This document shows positions 12,355 through 26,460 of a stretch of DNA of 64,000 nt, one piece after another. The stretch is from Octopus vulgaris (lineage: Eukaryota), in the NCBI GenBank assembly GCA_951406725.2, contig OX597823.1, positions 44,640,001-44,704,000 of the forward strand. The letters run 5' to 3'. The notes beneath the pieces are model-generated. The model saw only the letters and a list, made by a program, of their open reading frames with translations. It did not search any database and was not told where the DNA came from. Numbering within the stretch: position 1 is the first letter of the stretch; every line of letters starts with the position of its first letter. The position numbers and the translations under genes were made by a program.

Positions 12355-12562
12355 CTTTTACTCTTTTACTTGTTTCAGTCAGTTGACTGCGGCCATGCTG
12401 GAGCACCGCCTTTAGTCGAGCAACTCGACTCCGGGACTTATTCTTTGTAAACCCAGTCCTTATTCTACTATCGGTCTCTTTTGCCGAACCGCTAAGTGAC
12501 GGGGACATAAACACACCAGCATCGGTTGTCAAGCAATGCTAGGGGGACAAACATACACGCAC

Positions 12563-12607
<45 letters not shown>

Positions 12608-12775
12608 TACGACGGGCTTCTTTCAGTTTCCGTCTACCAAATCCACTCACAAGTCTTTGGTTGGCCCGAGGCTATAGTAGAAGACACTTGTCCAAGGTGC
12701 CACGCAGCGGGACTGAACCCGGAACCATGTGGTTAGTAAGCAAGCTACTTACCACACAGCCACTCCTGCGCCTAT
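12355..12775 (-). mobile_element. SINE family A, full length
   Basis: Reverse complement of the 4361-4755 consensus. Confidence 0.88.
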
Positions 12776-13182
12776 ATATGTATATATATATATGTATATA
12801 TACATCTACATATTTGTATGTATAATATATTTTTTTATATAACATACACATACGCGCGTACGTACCTACATACATATATGGACATGTATTTATCTATATG
12901 CATTCGTATGCATCACCAATACCATAAAATGCGTGTGTTTACATTCTTAGTCAGCCACGGTGAAGTTTTATACTATTTGAATTCATACGGTTATTGTGAT
13001 TAGCGCTATGTTGTGCAATAATTGTCCATGTAGGTGTTAGCCCAGTTTGGGACTGCTTTATAAAGGAGCTGACCATTACGCTTGACTTAGGAGGGACATG
13101 AAACGGTCCGTCGAGGAACTCAACAACACTCTTTTGTTGGGCATAGAAACAATATGCTTTCTCTTTCTCTGCTTTTCATATG

Positions 13183-13244
<62 letters not shown>

Positions 13245-13331
13245 AGATTGTATGTGTGAGTATGTACATCTATATGTATTTATACATACATACACATGTG
13301 TGTGTGTGAAATAATAATAATGATGATGACG

Positions 13332-13391
<60 letters not shown>

Positions 13392-13393
<2 letters not shown>

Positions 13394-13501
13394 CAATTAT
13401 GTGCGGAAAGAGACCCTGTGAGACCTCTGACAACAGGCTGCTGTCCGCTCTCACAGAATCAACCAGAGCAAACAAGACCGAACGCTCTGAGAAGTAAAGC
13501 A
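13392..13501 (+). mobile_element. Short 5'-truncated Dong-like 3' end inside (TAA)n
   Basis: Unique 110-bp insert flanked by (TAA)n on both sides, with a hairpin-forming 3' UTR. Family assignment is inferred. Confidence 0.5.
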
Positions 13502-14441
13502 ATAATAATAATAAAATTCCGAAGAATGAAAAGCAAAAACGAAGTCGGCTTCTACAGAATGTGAATTTATCATGTAAAGAACGAAATGAAATAATGTAAT
13601 GCCTTTAGTGCAGCTCTTCACTTTGTTCAGTGTATTCTAATAATAATTTTCGTGGTGAGAGACAATTAAATCTGACTATAACGATCACATGCTATATATG
13701 TCATTGAAATTCAATGAAGATAAACTTTCGTATATGTTAGTCAAACGGGAATAACATCATGATCAGACGACGGTTATTGATATCAACAGTCGGTCTATTT
13801 TCATCGTCCTCAAGGACTACAAGTATCTCGGAATTGGATGAGAATGTCACATATGTTAGCCATGTAAATAAAAATAGAAGAAAATGGAATCTAAATGAAA
13901 AATGGAAAGATAAAAGGGTACTTCAGCAAACTCTAGACAGCGATGGCAGTGGAAGGTGTCTTTGAGATCAAGATCACTAGCTACAAAAAATAAGAGAAAA
14001 CGAAAAACGAAAAGCAACAAGAAAATAGTAAAGGAAAAGCTATAGTCATGCAAAAATTTTCTCTCGTTGCATTTCTGTTCTTTCTTTGCTAACGTTCGTG
14101 AGTAAACTTGATGAGGAATCGTATTGACTTGGTGCATTAGGAATAGCCCTTTTAACCCTACAGCGCCTAAATGGTAGATTTCTCCCCAAGTTGTAGGGAG
14201 GAAAAAATTATATACTTTTTTTCCGGATACGTTCAATATATTTGATGTACAAAAATTAGACTTTCATGTATGTATGTATGTATGTATGTATGTATGTATG
14301 TATGTATGTATGTATGTATGTATGTATGTATGTATGCATGTATGTAGGTATGTATGTATGTATGTATGTATGTATGTATGTATGTATGTATGTATGTATG
14401 TATGCATGTATATATGAATGAATAAATATATGTACATGTAA

Positions 14442-14770
<329 letters not shown>

Positions 14771-15048
14771 TGTATGTATATATACATGCTAGCAGAGATA
14801 CCTGGCGTTGCTCGGGGTTAAAATGATATAGTTTCTTTTATTGTTTCACTTGTTTCGGTCATGTCACTGTGGTCATGCTGGAGCACCACTTTTAGTCGAA
14901 AAACTCGACCCCAAGATTTATTCTTTGTAAGTCTAGTACTTATTCTAACGGTGTGTTTTGCCAAACGGCTAAGTTCCGAGGATGTAAACACACCAACATC
15001 GGTTGGCAAGGGATGGCGGGGGTGCAAACACGGACACACACACACATA

Positions 15049-15090
<42 letters not shown>

Positions 15091-15220
15091 CATATATATA
15101 TATACATATATATATATGCCTACATATATATACATATATAAATATATATATATATATATTAATGATTTTTACCCCTTATTATATATGATATATATATATA
15201 CACGCACGCACGCGCACACG

Positions 15221-15252
<32 letters not shown>

Positions 15253-16194
15253 GATGTATGAATAATTTAACCGCAAACATCAGATATTCTTTGCATGTAA
15301 TGATGTGTGTTGTTTCAAAGTACTTGCCCGCATAGAATGTCATCTTTTCATTCATGGATGACACGTGCAGAATTTTTGGTAATTTGAAATGACCGCAGCA
15401 AAAAATAAAAACAATCAATCTATACCTTTTCCCCCCCCCTCCAAAAAAAAAGCAATCTAGCTGCGAAAATCCACTTTAAAAGCCTTTCCTCCGTTACCAC
15501 CGAGCCATTTTTAAATGCGTTTCAAACGTGACCACCTTGTCTTTTTTAATCCACAGATATTGTTATTGGCGCTACTCTGCATGAAAAATATACTCTGCAT
15601 GAAATGTTGGAACGTCATAAAAATTTTGAAATTTCGAGGGAATGCAAAATTATTCTCTATTAACGGTTTAACTCGGTGTAAAAATGCTATAAGTAATAGC
15701 ATATAAATATCGAGTTAAAAGCCCTTTGTATAGTGGGGTGTTAAGGCCGCTAGTGGAATTTGAACCTAAAACGTTCGTAAACAAGACAGATGATCTACCA
15801 TTGGACCAAACCAATCCTTCGAAATCCCGGACCATTTTAGAAACTTTATTATTACCAGCGAGAATTGCATGTTGTAACGTTGTAAGAATTTAGAAACTTC
15901 GAGAGAGCGTGAAATAATGTTTATAGATGTGGGTCCGAGTTCCAGGAGCAACCTTCGACTTTTTTCTGTCCAAAAGGGTTTTTTAATCTAATATTCACAC
16001 GCATTTATCTATAAACGTAGGATGGTCATGGCTGGAATAACTTTGTGAAATTAAAGGTAACCTGGGGCTAAGCAACAATGGTGGTTAGTGACAGTTTCGC
16101 ATATGTTTTAGTGGATGTATGTAGTGCTGTCGTTCAGCATGCTAAAAATAGTAGCCACATCCCTCGTCAATAAAAAAATTCCTTGTTGGTATCT

Positions 16195-16605
16195 CTTTCT
16201 CTTTCTCTTTTACTTGTTTCAGTCATTTTGACTGCGGCCATGCTGGAGCAACGACTTTTAGTCGAGCAACTCGACCCCGGGACTTATTCTTTGTAAGCCC
16301 AGTACTTATTCTATCGGTCTCTTTTGCCGAACCGCTAAGTGACGGGGACGTAAACACACCAGCATCGGTTGTCAAGCAATGCTAGGGGGACAAACACAGA
16401 CACACAAACACACACACATATACATATATATATATATACATATATACGACAGGCTTCTTTCAGTTTCCGTCTACCAAATCCACTCACAAGGCATTGGTCG
16501 GCCCGGGGATATAGCAGAAGACACTTGCCAAAGATGCCACGCAGTGGGACTGAACCCGGAACCATGTGGTTCGTTAGCAAGCTACTTACCACACAGCCAC
16601 TCCTG
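16195..16605 (-). mobile_element. SINE family A
   Basis: Matches the family consensus. Confidence 0.88.
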
Positions 16606-17194
16606 AAAAATAGACATCATTTTACATAAGACTGAAATATAAAAGATGAATGGTCAATGATTTGTTTTTCTGTGAATTTCAACCACAAAATTTGTATTGA
16701 CGAGGGATGTAGCTGCTATTTCTAGAATGCTAAGTGGCAGCAGTTGATACAAACACATGAACCTGTCACTGTTTTTATTATTCTTTAGCTCCCGGTCAGT
16801 TCTGACCACAATGACCCACGACTAAAGGCAATCCATCCATGACTGTTCTAACTTTTATTGTTCAAGTTTGGTGTAACTCTGGTGCATTATCTGCGATTTA
16901 AAAAAGACGAGCGGGTCACGGTTGGGACGTAGGATGGTCAGGGTTGGAACAATTTTAAAATGAACTTTTTACAGTTGAGATGTTTTAAAAAAATTTTGAG
17001 CGATCAGGATTGGGACGCTTTTCAAAGACTTTTTCACATTTATTTTAATTTGTAACGAAAAACATGTGATGTTTTTAATTCCTATTTTCTGTCTTTACAT
17101 GATCCTGTGCAAAAAAGCCTATGTAAGGATGGTATTCTATAAAAGGAAACACTGACAACTTCCGAAAAATGTTGTTCAAATATAAATAACGTAT

Positions 17195-17655
17195 AGTCTT
17201 CACAACCATACGGTTCTGGGTTCAGTCTCACTGGGTGGTACCTTGGGCAAGCGTCTTCTACTATGGCCTCGGGCCCACCATTGCCTTGTGAGTCGATTTG
17301 GTGGATCAAAACTGAAAGAAGCCCGTTGTATATGTGGGTGTGTGAGAGTGTGTGTGTGTGCTGACGCGTGCATGCGTGTGCGATTGAGTGTGTGTATGTG
17401 TGTGTGTGTGCGCGCACGCGTGTGTGATTGAGTATGTGTTTTTCTGTCTCTGTATCCCATCACCACTTAACAACCGGTGTTGGTGTGTTTACGTCCCTGG
17501 AATATAGCGGTTTGGCAAGAGAGACCGATAGGATAAGTACTAGGCTTTAAAAAAACATAAAATAAGTCCTGGGGCCGATTCATTTCACTATAGATTCTTC
17601 AAGGCGGTACACCAGCATGGCCGCAGCCTATTGACTGAAACAAGTAAAAGATAAC
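17195..17655 (+). mobile_element. SINE family A, older diverged copy
   Basis: Same head, core and tail with more substitutions. Confidence 0.8.
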
Positions 17656-18418
17656 CCTTAAAGTTCAAGCAAATTTTCTTTTTATTATTTTCTTCCCATA
17701 GAACGTAAAGCATCCAACATTATTTCACATCCCTAGCTTCCTGCAGGACAAAAGTCAGAAACTCATGATATCCCATAAAATTTCCTTCATTTTTTTAGTC
17801 TATGTTAAAAAATCGAAACATTTCCCGCTAACGAATGAAGTAAACTTTACTCCCGATTTTTTTTTTTTTTTTACAATGTTCCTATTTTGTTTTGAAATAT
17901 TTATTTTAGCTAATCAATGGTCATTGATGATAGTACTTTTCGAAGGTGCGATATTTATAATGGACAATCGCGTGCCTGAAGAGTAAACAATAATTATAAT
18001 GAAACCCAGTTCTATATTAAGCTGAAAAGCTTCAATGATAAGGATGTAATAAAACCTGTTTTCATAATGCTCATGAAATAGAGTCCGGATGGCAATGTTT
18101 AAATATGACTACACATAATTTTAACGAGAATCACAGCTCAAAATACTCAACAGTAACGCAGAGAAACAGGGCGAGTGATTAGGAAATAATTTACACACTA
18201 TCCAACCGGTTGGCACGCAAATGTTTGCATATACTTTAGATTCTAATTATAACCACATGATTTAGTAGGATATATTTTACACATTATTACAACAATTAAT
18301 AAGATTAGGAAGAAAACAGTCATAATTACATGTATCAATGTATGTATGTATGTATGTACGGATGTGAGCATGCATGTATGCATGTATGCATGCAAGCATA
18401 TATACATACATACATGCA

Positions 18419-18494
<76 letters not shown>

Positions 18495-18559
18495 CATACT
18501 ATTTGGTTTGGCTTCATTATTACAACATACGTGTGTGTAGGAGGGGTGGTGTATGAATG

Positions 18560-20070
18560 TCATTGTTCAGTTTTATTTCAAGATTTCTTGCCAACAGAGA
18601 AAGAGCCGGTTTCTAATCTAGATCCAAAACGCCTTCATTGGAATTTCAACATCAACAACAGGGTATTTTTGTTTGTATGTATTTATGTATGTATATGGGC
18701 AGATTTGTATGTTTTGTTTTATGTATGTATTCTCATGCATATAGTTGCATATCCAAACATGCTCATATATACTTAAATGATAAACTTCTGGAAATTTTGA
18801 CAGTTCGAGTGACGGATTGGGCCTATAGTCTTCGAATTAGCTTTCTGGTTGTGAGAAGCTTAATTTCTTAAGATTAGTATTTATGCAGTGTGTTACATAT
18901 CCCAGGGCCCCAATAATTACAGGTATAAACCTGAACTTATAATCTTCATAGAGTAACTGCAGATTTCTCAATAGTTCAGCGTTGGTGTTCTTTTTTTCAC
19001 AGATCTTCAGTTTTATATTAACATCAGCTGGGCAGCTAATTTCCACAACTGTGCACAGTTTCTCTTCTCCATCCCAAATCATTATATCAGGTCTGTTGCG
19101 CTTACATTTTATTGGAGTCTTCACTGGGACATTCCACCAGTACTTTTTATTATGAGCGGTTATGGCTTCTTCCATACTGTGGGTTCTTATCACATTGTCC
19201 TCGGGTTTATTCTTCCGACGGATTTCATTATAAAGTGTCCTAGCTACAGTATCATGTCTCATCGATAGATAATACCGTGATATTTTCGGACAGCTGCTTA
19301 TGATGTGGATGATATATTCGGTGTTAACTCCACAAAATCTGTATCGGTTATCACATTTTACTGCTTTTCCTGCATCTCTATCCCTTTTGTGCCTCAGGTA
19401 CTTGGTTGATATTTCCTGTTCCTGGATTGCAAACACATACCCTTCAAAGTGGGAGATAGTGATCCGTCTATTGGTCCATGATAGACTGCTTTGATGATCA
19501 ATATTACTATCATCTCGGAGCTTTCTACTAACATATCCATGCATAGTCTTCTGCTCATATAGGCTCATCCTTTCATCTGACGATACGTTGCGGTAGAGTC
19601 GTGCGACTTCTTTGGGTATGTATTCTAGGTTATCAGACAAGAAATGTTGTTCAAGGAGCTGCCTTCCAAGTCTTATGATGTTATCAGCCTCATGTATGCA
19701 GACTTGGTCAAGGGATGCTCTTCAATACTTGGTAGTTAAAAGATATTGCCGAAGAGATATGATACGACATCCAAAGGCATATTGGATCGATGTTGAGCCT
19801 CTGCCGCCTTGTTTTCGTTTTAGGTAGAGGCGGTTACGTCACTGTTTCTATGGAAATTATGTGTGCTTGTTAGTATTTTTCGGGTTTTCACATCAATGAC
19901 GCTCATCAAGCGTCCAGTCAAGCAGCCCAAATGTTGGTATGAGTACTGGTACTTCAAACACATTGTGGGCCACTGTAGAGTTCTGAGGTCCAAATTTTCT
20001 TTATTCGGCTGTAATATTCTTTAGTGACACATGTTTTATTATAGGTCCCATTGTACAATGGGTTTTCATT
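18560..20070 (-). mobile_element. R4/Dong-like RLE LINE 3' fragment
   Basis: ORF 18837-19640 reads HFEGYVFAIQEQ, RFC..HIISSC, RHDTVA, NRPDI..VVEISCP..EK. The 3' UTR matches 52875-52990. Confidence 0.9.
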
Positions 20071-20099
20071 CACTCTGTATGCTTATGAAAATAACGAGA

Positions 20100-21185
20100 A
20101 AGGCTCAAAAATGTGTTAGGTTTTTTTACACACACACACGAAAGTGTGAACAAACGAAGGAAAGTGTTACTCAACACATTTGACATGAGTTAGATATACC
20201 ATTTGAATACAGTTTAACTCAGCTTCGTGTGACTTAAAGTTTCGTGGGCACGTAGGATGAAGCCATCTCATTAGATATCAGAAGAGTAACGGAATTGAGA
20301 CAAATTCAAGATGGCTTCTTGATGTTAGGGCCGAAATTGATCAGCGTAGGTCATACGTGTTAATACTGTGGAAGCGACATCAGTTTTTTTCTCTTATTCT
20401 TAGGTCCTTGTGCTCGGAATAGAAGTGCTGCCATACTAACGGGTAGTTTCAGTGTAATTTATTTAGCGATATCAGTTCATTGGATTTGATGCTATTCTTG
20501 GTGGGGTGGGGTTTAGAAATGCAGTCAGCATTCAATGGAGTTTTGACATATTATCGGGACCACTCTTTAAGTGGGAGTAACCAGATTTGATGGTATGTGA
20601 TTAAAACTGAAAATTGATTATCAGTATGAGTGGGACTGTAGTCTATACGTGCAGCAGAGATTAAATATCCTACCCTTGTGTTGGTGGAAACCAGGCTTAG
20701 GGTGATATATCTGGATCATCAGCCATCCAGTGGGTAGAATTTCATCAACAGCGCACACTTCTGGTGGCAACAAAAAGATAGTTCATTTTCCTGTTAATAA
20801 ATACTGCAATTTGGCGTATTATGTGTTGTATCTCGCGGAGACAGTGTTGACAATTGCACGTTCAACGGTAATAAGGAGTTATGTCAACGATACTGCACTT
20901 GATGTTGGGAAAGTCGTTCCGATGGTGGCGAAGTCTCCAGATGAAGCACAGCTGGGACGTGGAATGTTTCGTATCCTTGCACCTGAAGGAACGTATGTGC
21001 AGTGTATACCTTCTTTTAAAATATCGACTGTCATGCCCGTGTAGTGTTTTGTAATGACAACGAATGGCATCTATAGAGACGAAATTCTCCGGTAGGTCTT
21101 TGGTGGTTAAAAGTCGGGATGTCGGTAGGAGGCTGTATAGGTGTATATTGTGTGTGTATTTAAAACGTGCAGTATTTGAAAACAT
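20100..21185 (-). mobile_element. Penelope-like element remnant (GIY-YIG nuclease plus 3' repeat)
   Basis: Frameshifted KHYTGMT..FKRRYTLHIRSF...HST...IWRL...PYY..CQHCLRE, with a decayed hammerhead downstream at 20226-20279. Confidence 0.7.
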
Positions 21186-21187
21186 GA

Positions 21188-22213
21188 TGTCTAAGTGTCA
21201 CCTGTGCCTGGAATCAGGCCATATAAAAAAGAACTGTCCCCAGGATCAGAGTAGGGTCCTGGAGCAGTTAGTTGAAGAAGCGCCTCCTCCTCATTCGGAG
21301 GGAGAGCTGGAGACGGTCGAGGAGGTGGAAGCCTCCTCGAAAAAATGAAGAAAGAGAAAGAAGGTGGGTAACAATGGCTGTCTACCGAGGGATCCTAAAA
21401 AGGAAACTAAATCAGCGGGCGGGAAAGAAAATCTCCCAGACAAAACGGAGGAACTCCACCCTCCTGTGGTAAAAATAAGTAAAAAAAAAAAAAAGAAAAG
21501 AAAAGAAGAAAAACGGGACATTGCCGGCGGTTACTAATACACTGCCGGCATGTTCCGAAGCCCCGTCGGTGGAATTGTGCCACAGACGGTAGAAGCTGTG
21601 GCCTCGCCTCATATGGAGGAAGAATTTTTGGTCTTCTTCCTCAAGGGAGAGGCAGTTCAAAAGTTCATTCAAAAGCTTGTCAAAGAAGGTCGGAGGGGAG
21701 GGATTCTAACCTGCACTAAGGATCCTGAATGGTCTCCGCAGGTAGCTGTGGAGGTCATTTGGGAGACAGACTTTTGCAAAGTGATGGACTCCATCCCTGA
21801 AGAGACGTTTGGCTTCGTGCTGAAGCACCCCGACCTAGCACCATCGAGGTGCTTGCGTGAGGTATTGAGCCTGGCCGGGTATCAGCAGGCAAGAAAATAA
21901 TGGGGAAAAAAAGGGTTAAGAGGTCTTAGTGCATCGCGTTGTAAGGGTGTACAACTCATTTTTGAAAACTGTAAGTGCTTAGTGCGTCATTTTTGAGGAC
22001 CTTGTGTCCTTACAAACTAAGAGGTTTATAACCTCAATTTCTTTAAAAAAAATAATAAAAGAACATTGTTTTCGGGAAGTAGATCTGCGGGCGTCGTCTG
22101 TCTTCCCTCACCAATTTCATTTATTCATTTTTTTCATTCATTTCATCTTGTTTTTTGTCCAGCCCCCAGCTACTTCTATGTACGGCCTTTATGGCCAATT
22201 CTATGAAATAAAG
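21188..22213 (+). mobile_element. Non-LTR element remnant with a gag-like CCHC knuckle ORF and a Tx1/L1-like 3' tail but no RT
   Basis: KCHLCLESGHIKKNCP (CX2CX4HX4C). One frame runs to 21900 with two stops, followed by a pyrimidine-rich UTR ending GGCCTTTATGGCCAA...AATAAAG. Confidence 0.65.
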
Positions 22214-22349
22214 TAGTTTGCTTACCTACCACATGGTTCCGGGTTCAGTCCCATTGCGTGGTACCTTGGGCAAACGTCTTCTACTATAGCCTCGGGCTAA
22301 CCAAGCCTTGTTAGTGGATTGGGTAGACGGAAACTGAGAGAAACTCGTC

Positions 22350-22406
<57 letters not shown>

Positions 22407-22622
22407 TGTGTGCTTGTGTGTCTGTGTTTGTCTCCCCACCATCGCTTGACAAACGATGCTGGTGAGTTTGCGTCCCCATAACTTAGCGGTTCGGCAAAAG
22501 TGACTGATAGAATAAGAACTAGGCTTACAAAGAATAAGTCCTTGGGTCGATTTATTCAACTAAAGGCGATGCTCCAGCATGGCCGCAGTCAAAGGACTGA
22601 AACAAATAAAAGAATAAAAGAA
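22214..22622 (+). mobile_element. SINE family A lacking its first ~20 nt
   Basis: Begins TAGTTTGCTTACC and otherwise matches the consensus. Confidence 0.85.
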
Positions 22623-22658
22623 AGTATGTATATGTACATACATACATACAGACAGACA

Positions 22659-22708
<50 letters not shown>

Positions 22709-23170
22709 TATATATATACACATATATATATATATAAACATATATATAGGTGAGTTCAATTAGAGGTTATAAAATCATCTAAGGGATATTTATATCCAAT
22801 GAATCACTGGTGTATTACTTATATGTACTAATGCTCGTAAATGGTAAGGAAAGGAATAAGGCAAAGTTTATCTATATTTAAGAAAAAATAATAAAATGGA
22901 GATAAAATTGATAATTAATAAACCTCAATTAATATTTATTGATTACAAAAACAGACAATATTTCATCTAATGCTCGCGCTATTTTGGGCATAATCAAGCT
23001 TAATTATTACAATAATAATAATTATCACTGTTAATAATTATACCAACTTAAAATGTGGAACTTCATCAAAGCGGACATACCAGTTAAGACAATTATGTGT
23101 GTGTGTGTGTGTCTGTGTGTGTGTGTGTGTCTGTGTGTGTGTGTATGTATATGCGTGTGTGTGTATAAAG

Positions 23171-23235
<65 letters not shown>

Positions 23236-23254
23236 TTTTTCTCAAACACTGTTG

Positions 23255-23910
23255 TTATTATTATTACCTTTGCACAGCTTCTAAAGCTGGAGATGTACTA
23301 CGGTGTCAGTTGTTCACTACCAGTGAACTAAGGTAACAATCCTTATTTTTCGAGCACCTTCCGGAGTATTCGAGTAGTTCCAAGCAGTGCTGTTTTCTGC
23401 AAGTGCTCCACCCTTATTGCAGCCCCTATTTGTTCCATATACTTCTCAAGATTTTTCTCACTGTTCCCAGGGCTCCGACCAATATTGGTACTACTACCAC
23501 TTTTTTTATCGACCACAAATGCTTAACCCAAGCTAACCTGTCATAACTATCGACTTCTCTTTCGTCCTTATCGCATACCTTGTCAGCTGAGCATGCTATA
23601 TCTATGATCCAGTATAGTTTCCTTTCTTTCTCAATTAAGACTATGTCTGGCTTCTTTTTTTTTTTTCTATCCCATGGTCGCGCTGAATCATAAAACCCAC
23701 AGGATCTTTTGCATTATCATTTTCGATGATGCCTTCGGGTTAATGGTTGTACTAAATGTTTGCTCTGTCAAGTCCATACTTGTTGCAAAGTGTCCAATGG
23801 ACAAGCCTTGCTATATTGTCGTGGAGTCTCTTATATTTCTTCTGGGCTAGTGGCGTACATTGAATGGTAATATGCCATACGGTTTCATCATTTTGTCCAC
23901 AAATTCTGTT
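23255..23910 (-). mobile_element. Dong/R4 LINE 3' fragment with (TAA)n tail
   Basis: Minus strand reads RLHDNIARLVHW...RPDIV..WIIDIAC...LQKTALLGTTRILRKVLE, flanked by TTA repeats. Confidence 0.85.
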
Positions 23911-23936
23911 GTTGTTATTATTATTATTATTATTAT

Positions 23937-24121
23937 AGAATGCCCAGTAGAACTTTTACAAAAAGTTTGCCTCCTTGAAACAGCCAGAATAATCAGTGAA
24001 GTATTAGATAGGTGAAAAGAACGGATAGCATGGTACGGTAGGCTGCAGGTAGCAAGCCCGCTACGCATGCAAGACTGCAGGTGTTCCAACAAAGCCTGTG
24101 ATAAAAAGAAATAATAATAAA
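23937..24121 (+). mobile_element. Dong/R4 LINE extreme 3' end
   Basis: LLQKVCLLETARIISEVLDR*, then a short UTR and (TAA)n. Confidence 0.75.
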
Positions 24122-24168
24122 AGGGGTGATGCAAAGGTACCAAAGACCAATTATCGATGAATAAATGA

Positions 24169-25288
24169 GTTTATGTGTAATACTCAGATTGAATAGCATG
24201 ATGGAAGTGCGGAAACTGTAGTTGCAAAGGTACATAGAAGTGCGGCAACTGTAGTTGCAAAGAAGGTGAAGTCAATAGCGAAGCAAAATGCGTTTGAACA
24301 ATTGGCTGATAGGTGGGAACAAAATCCTCTGCATGGCAAATATGTGGCCCGTAGCAAACAAGCTGATGTTGACCAGAAGCACACCCATCAGTGGTAACGG
24401 AGCTCAGGGCTAAAGGCAGAGAGCGAAGGCTTTATCTTAGCTGCTCAAGATCAGAGCTTAATGACCCGGAACTATCAAACCAATTTAATGAAAAATGATG
24501 TAGATCCAAAGTGCCGATACTGCAACGATGGGATTAAAACAGTCGACCATCTAATCTCTGGGTATGAAGTTTTAGCACCTGTAGAGTACACATCAAGACA
24601 TAACAGAGTTGGCCAATATTTACATTGGATAATGTATCGGCATTATAAGATCAAAACTGCTGACAAATGGCACAAGCACCACCCTGAGGCTGTAACTGAG
24701 GAAGAAAATGTAACGATTCTTTTGGACTTTCCAGTATGTACAGACAGGACCATCAAAGCAAATAAACGAGATATTATTGTGAAAGACGAAAACAATAATT
24801 TCCGTTTATTGATTGACATGAGCATACCCTGTGACCATAATATCTCGAGAAAAGAATTTGATAAGCTCAGAAAATATAAAGATTTGATAATCGAAATCGA
24901 AAAGAAGTAGCATCTCATGACGGTTGCAATACCAGTGATTGTAGGAACACTTAGAATGATCAAAAAAGGAACTGAAAATTATTTAAGAATGATCCCTGGC
25001 TTACCATCCATGCAGGAAATACAAAAGATTGTCTTAACTGGTACATCACACGTACTCAGAAGAGCATTGTTGTAGTGAATTTTCTTTCCCTTTTTCTTTG
25101 TTTATTTTCCCTCCATTTTCTCTGTCTTTCTTCCCCTTTTTTCTCTATCACATGACTTTGTAAATGAATTATTTGGTGTGCTTATTTTAATGACCAACCA
25201 GTATATACAATGCGTTTCTCTGTCCTGGGTGTCAAGAAGACTCTCGGCAAGAAATGGAAACAGAATTGAAAGAAGATGATAATGAAAA

Positions 25289-25377
<89 letters not shown>
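24169..25377 (+). mobile_element. Dong/R4 LINE 3' fragment with (GTA)n tail
   Basis: LHGKY...ESEGFILAAQDQSL..CRYC..HLISG..RHNRV..ANKRDII..LLIDMSIP. Confidence 0.9.
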
Positions 25378-25378
<1 letters not shown>

Positions 25379-26460
25379 GGGCGATGCATATGTACCAAAG
25401 ACCAATTATTGATGAACAAAATGGCAATGCAAGATTGTAAGCTAAGGAAGACAAATTTGGGAATGACCTGGATGGACTGCCGCAAAGCTTACGATATGAT
25501 TCCGCATTCGTGGATCATTGAGTGGGATGGATAACTGAGTTGACATCGTACGGACAAAGCTTGGATACCCTGGGCACCAGGAGGGGGATTTTCCAAGGAG
25601 GTAGCTTATCCCCATTGTTTCTTGCTCTTTGTATGATCTAGCTGACCTTGGTGCTGAGGAAAATAAAGCTGAGATATCAGTTAAAGGAAAATATCTCTAA
25701 GAATCAACAACCTCCTCTTCATGTATGATTTGAAGCTGTATGGCAAGGATGAAGCACAAATGAGTTCTTTGGTGAACACGGTCCACTGTTTTAGTGCTGA
25801 TATTAAGACGGAATTCGGACTCAAGAAGTACAATCTCTGACAGGAATAGAAGTACCTAATAGTGATTTAACAAGTTGGAAAGGAAGGTTATAAATACCTT
25901 GGCATACCAGATTTCAACGAAATCGGGGAGAAGAAAAACAGCTGAGGAAAGAGTATTTCTGAAGACTAAGATTGGTATTGCGCTCAAAATTGACTAAATG
26001 GAATAAAAATTCAAGAAGTAAATACATGGACGATAACATCACTTCGGTATGGAGTTGGAATCATACACTGGCAAAAGAAAGAACTGATGAGCATGGATAC
26101 GCAGACAAGGGAAATATTGATAGTGGACGGAGCATTCCATCCCAAGAGTGACACTGACAGGTTATACTTGTCCAGAAGCAAAGGAGGGAGAGGTTCGATC
26201 AGTTTGCCAGGATTATGTAGAAACAAAGGAAAACAGCTTTGGGTGGTATGTAAAAGATGCCGTGGAACCATTGCTAAACATGCAAACGGCTGGTATTATC
26301 AAAACTGATAATTGTATAAAGAATGAAAAAACTTGAGAGGAAAAGAACACAAAAAAAAAAGAAATTGTTGGAAGGAGAGAAAAAATGTACAGTCAGTTTG
26401 CAAATGATACGAACGCCAAGACAGATGCAGATGACCGGTATGGAAACGGTGGAGTGACCA
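25378..26460 (+). mobile_element. Dong/R4 LINE RT-domain fragment, degraded
   Basis: TKDQLL, KAYDMIPHSWI, RGIFQGGSLSPL, LLFMYDLKLY, YKYLG and HPKSDTDRLYLSRSKGGRG. Confidence 0.88.
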
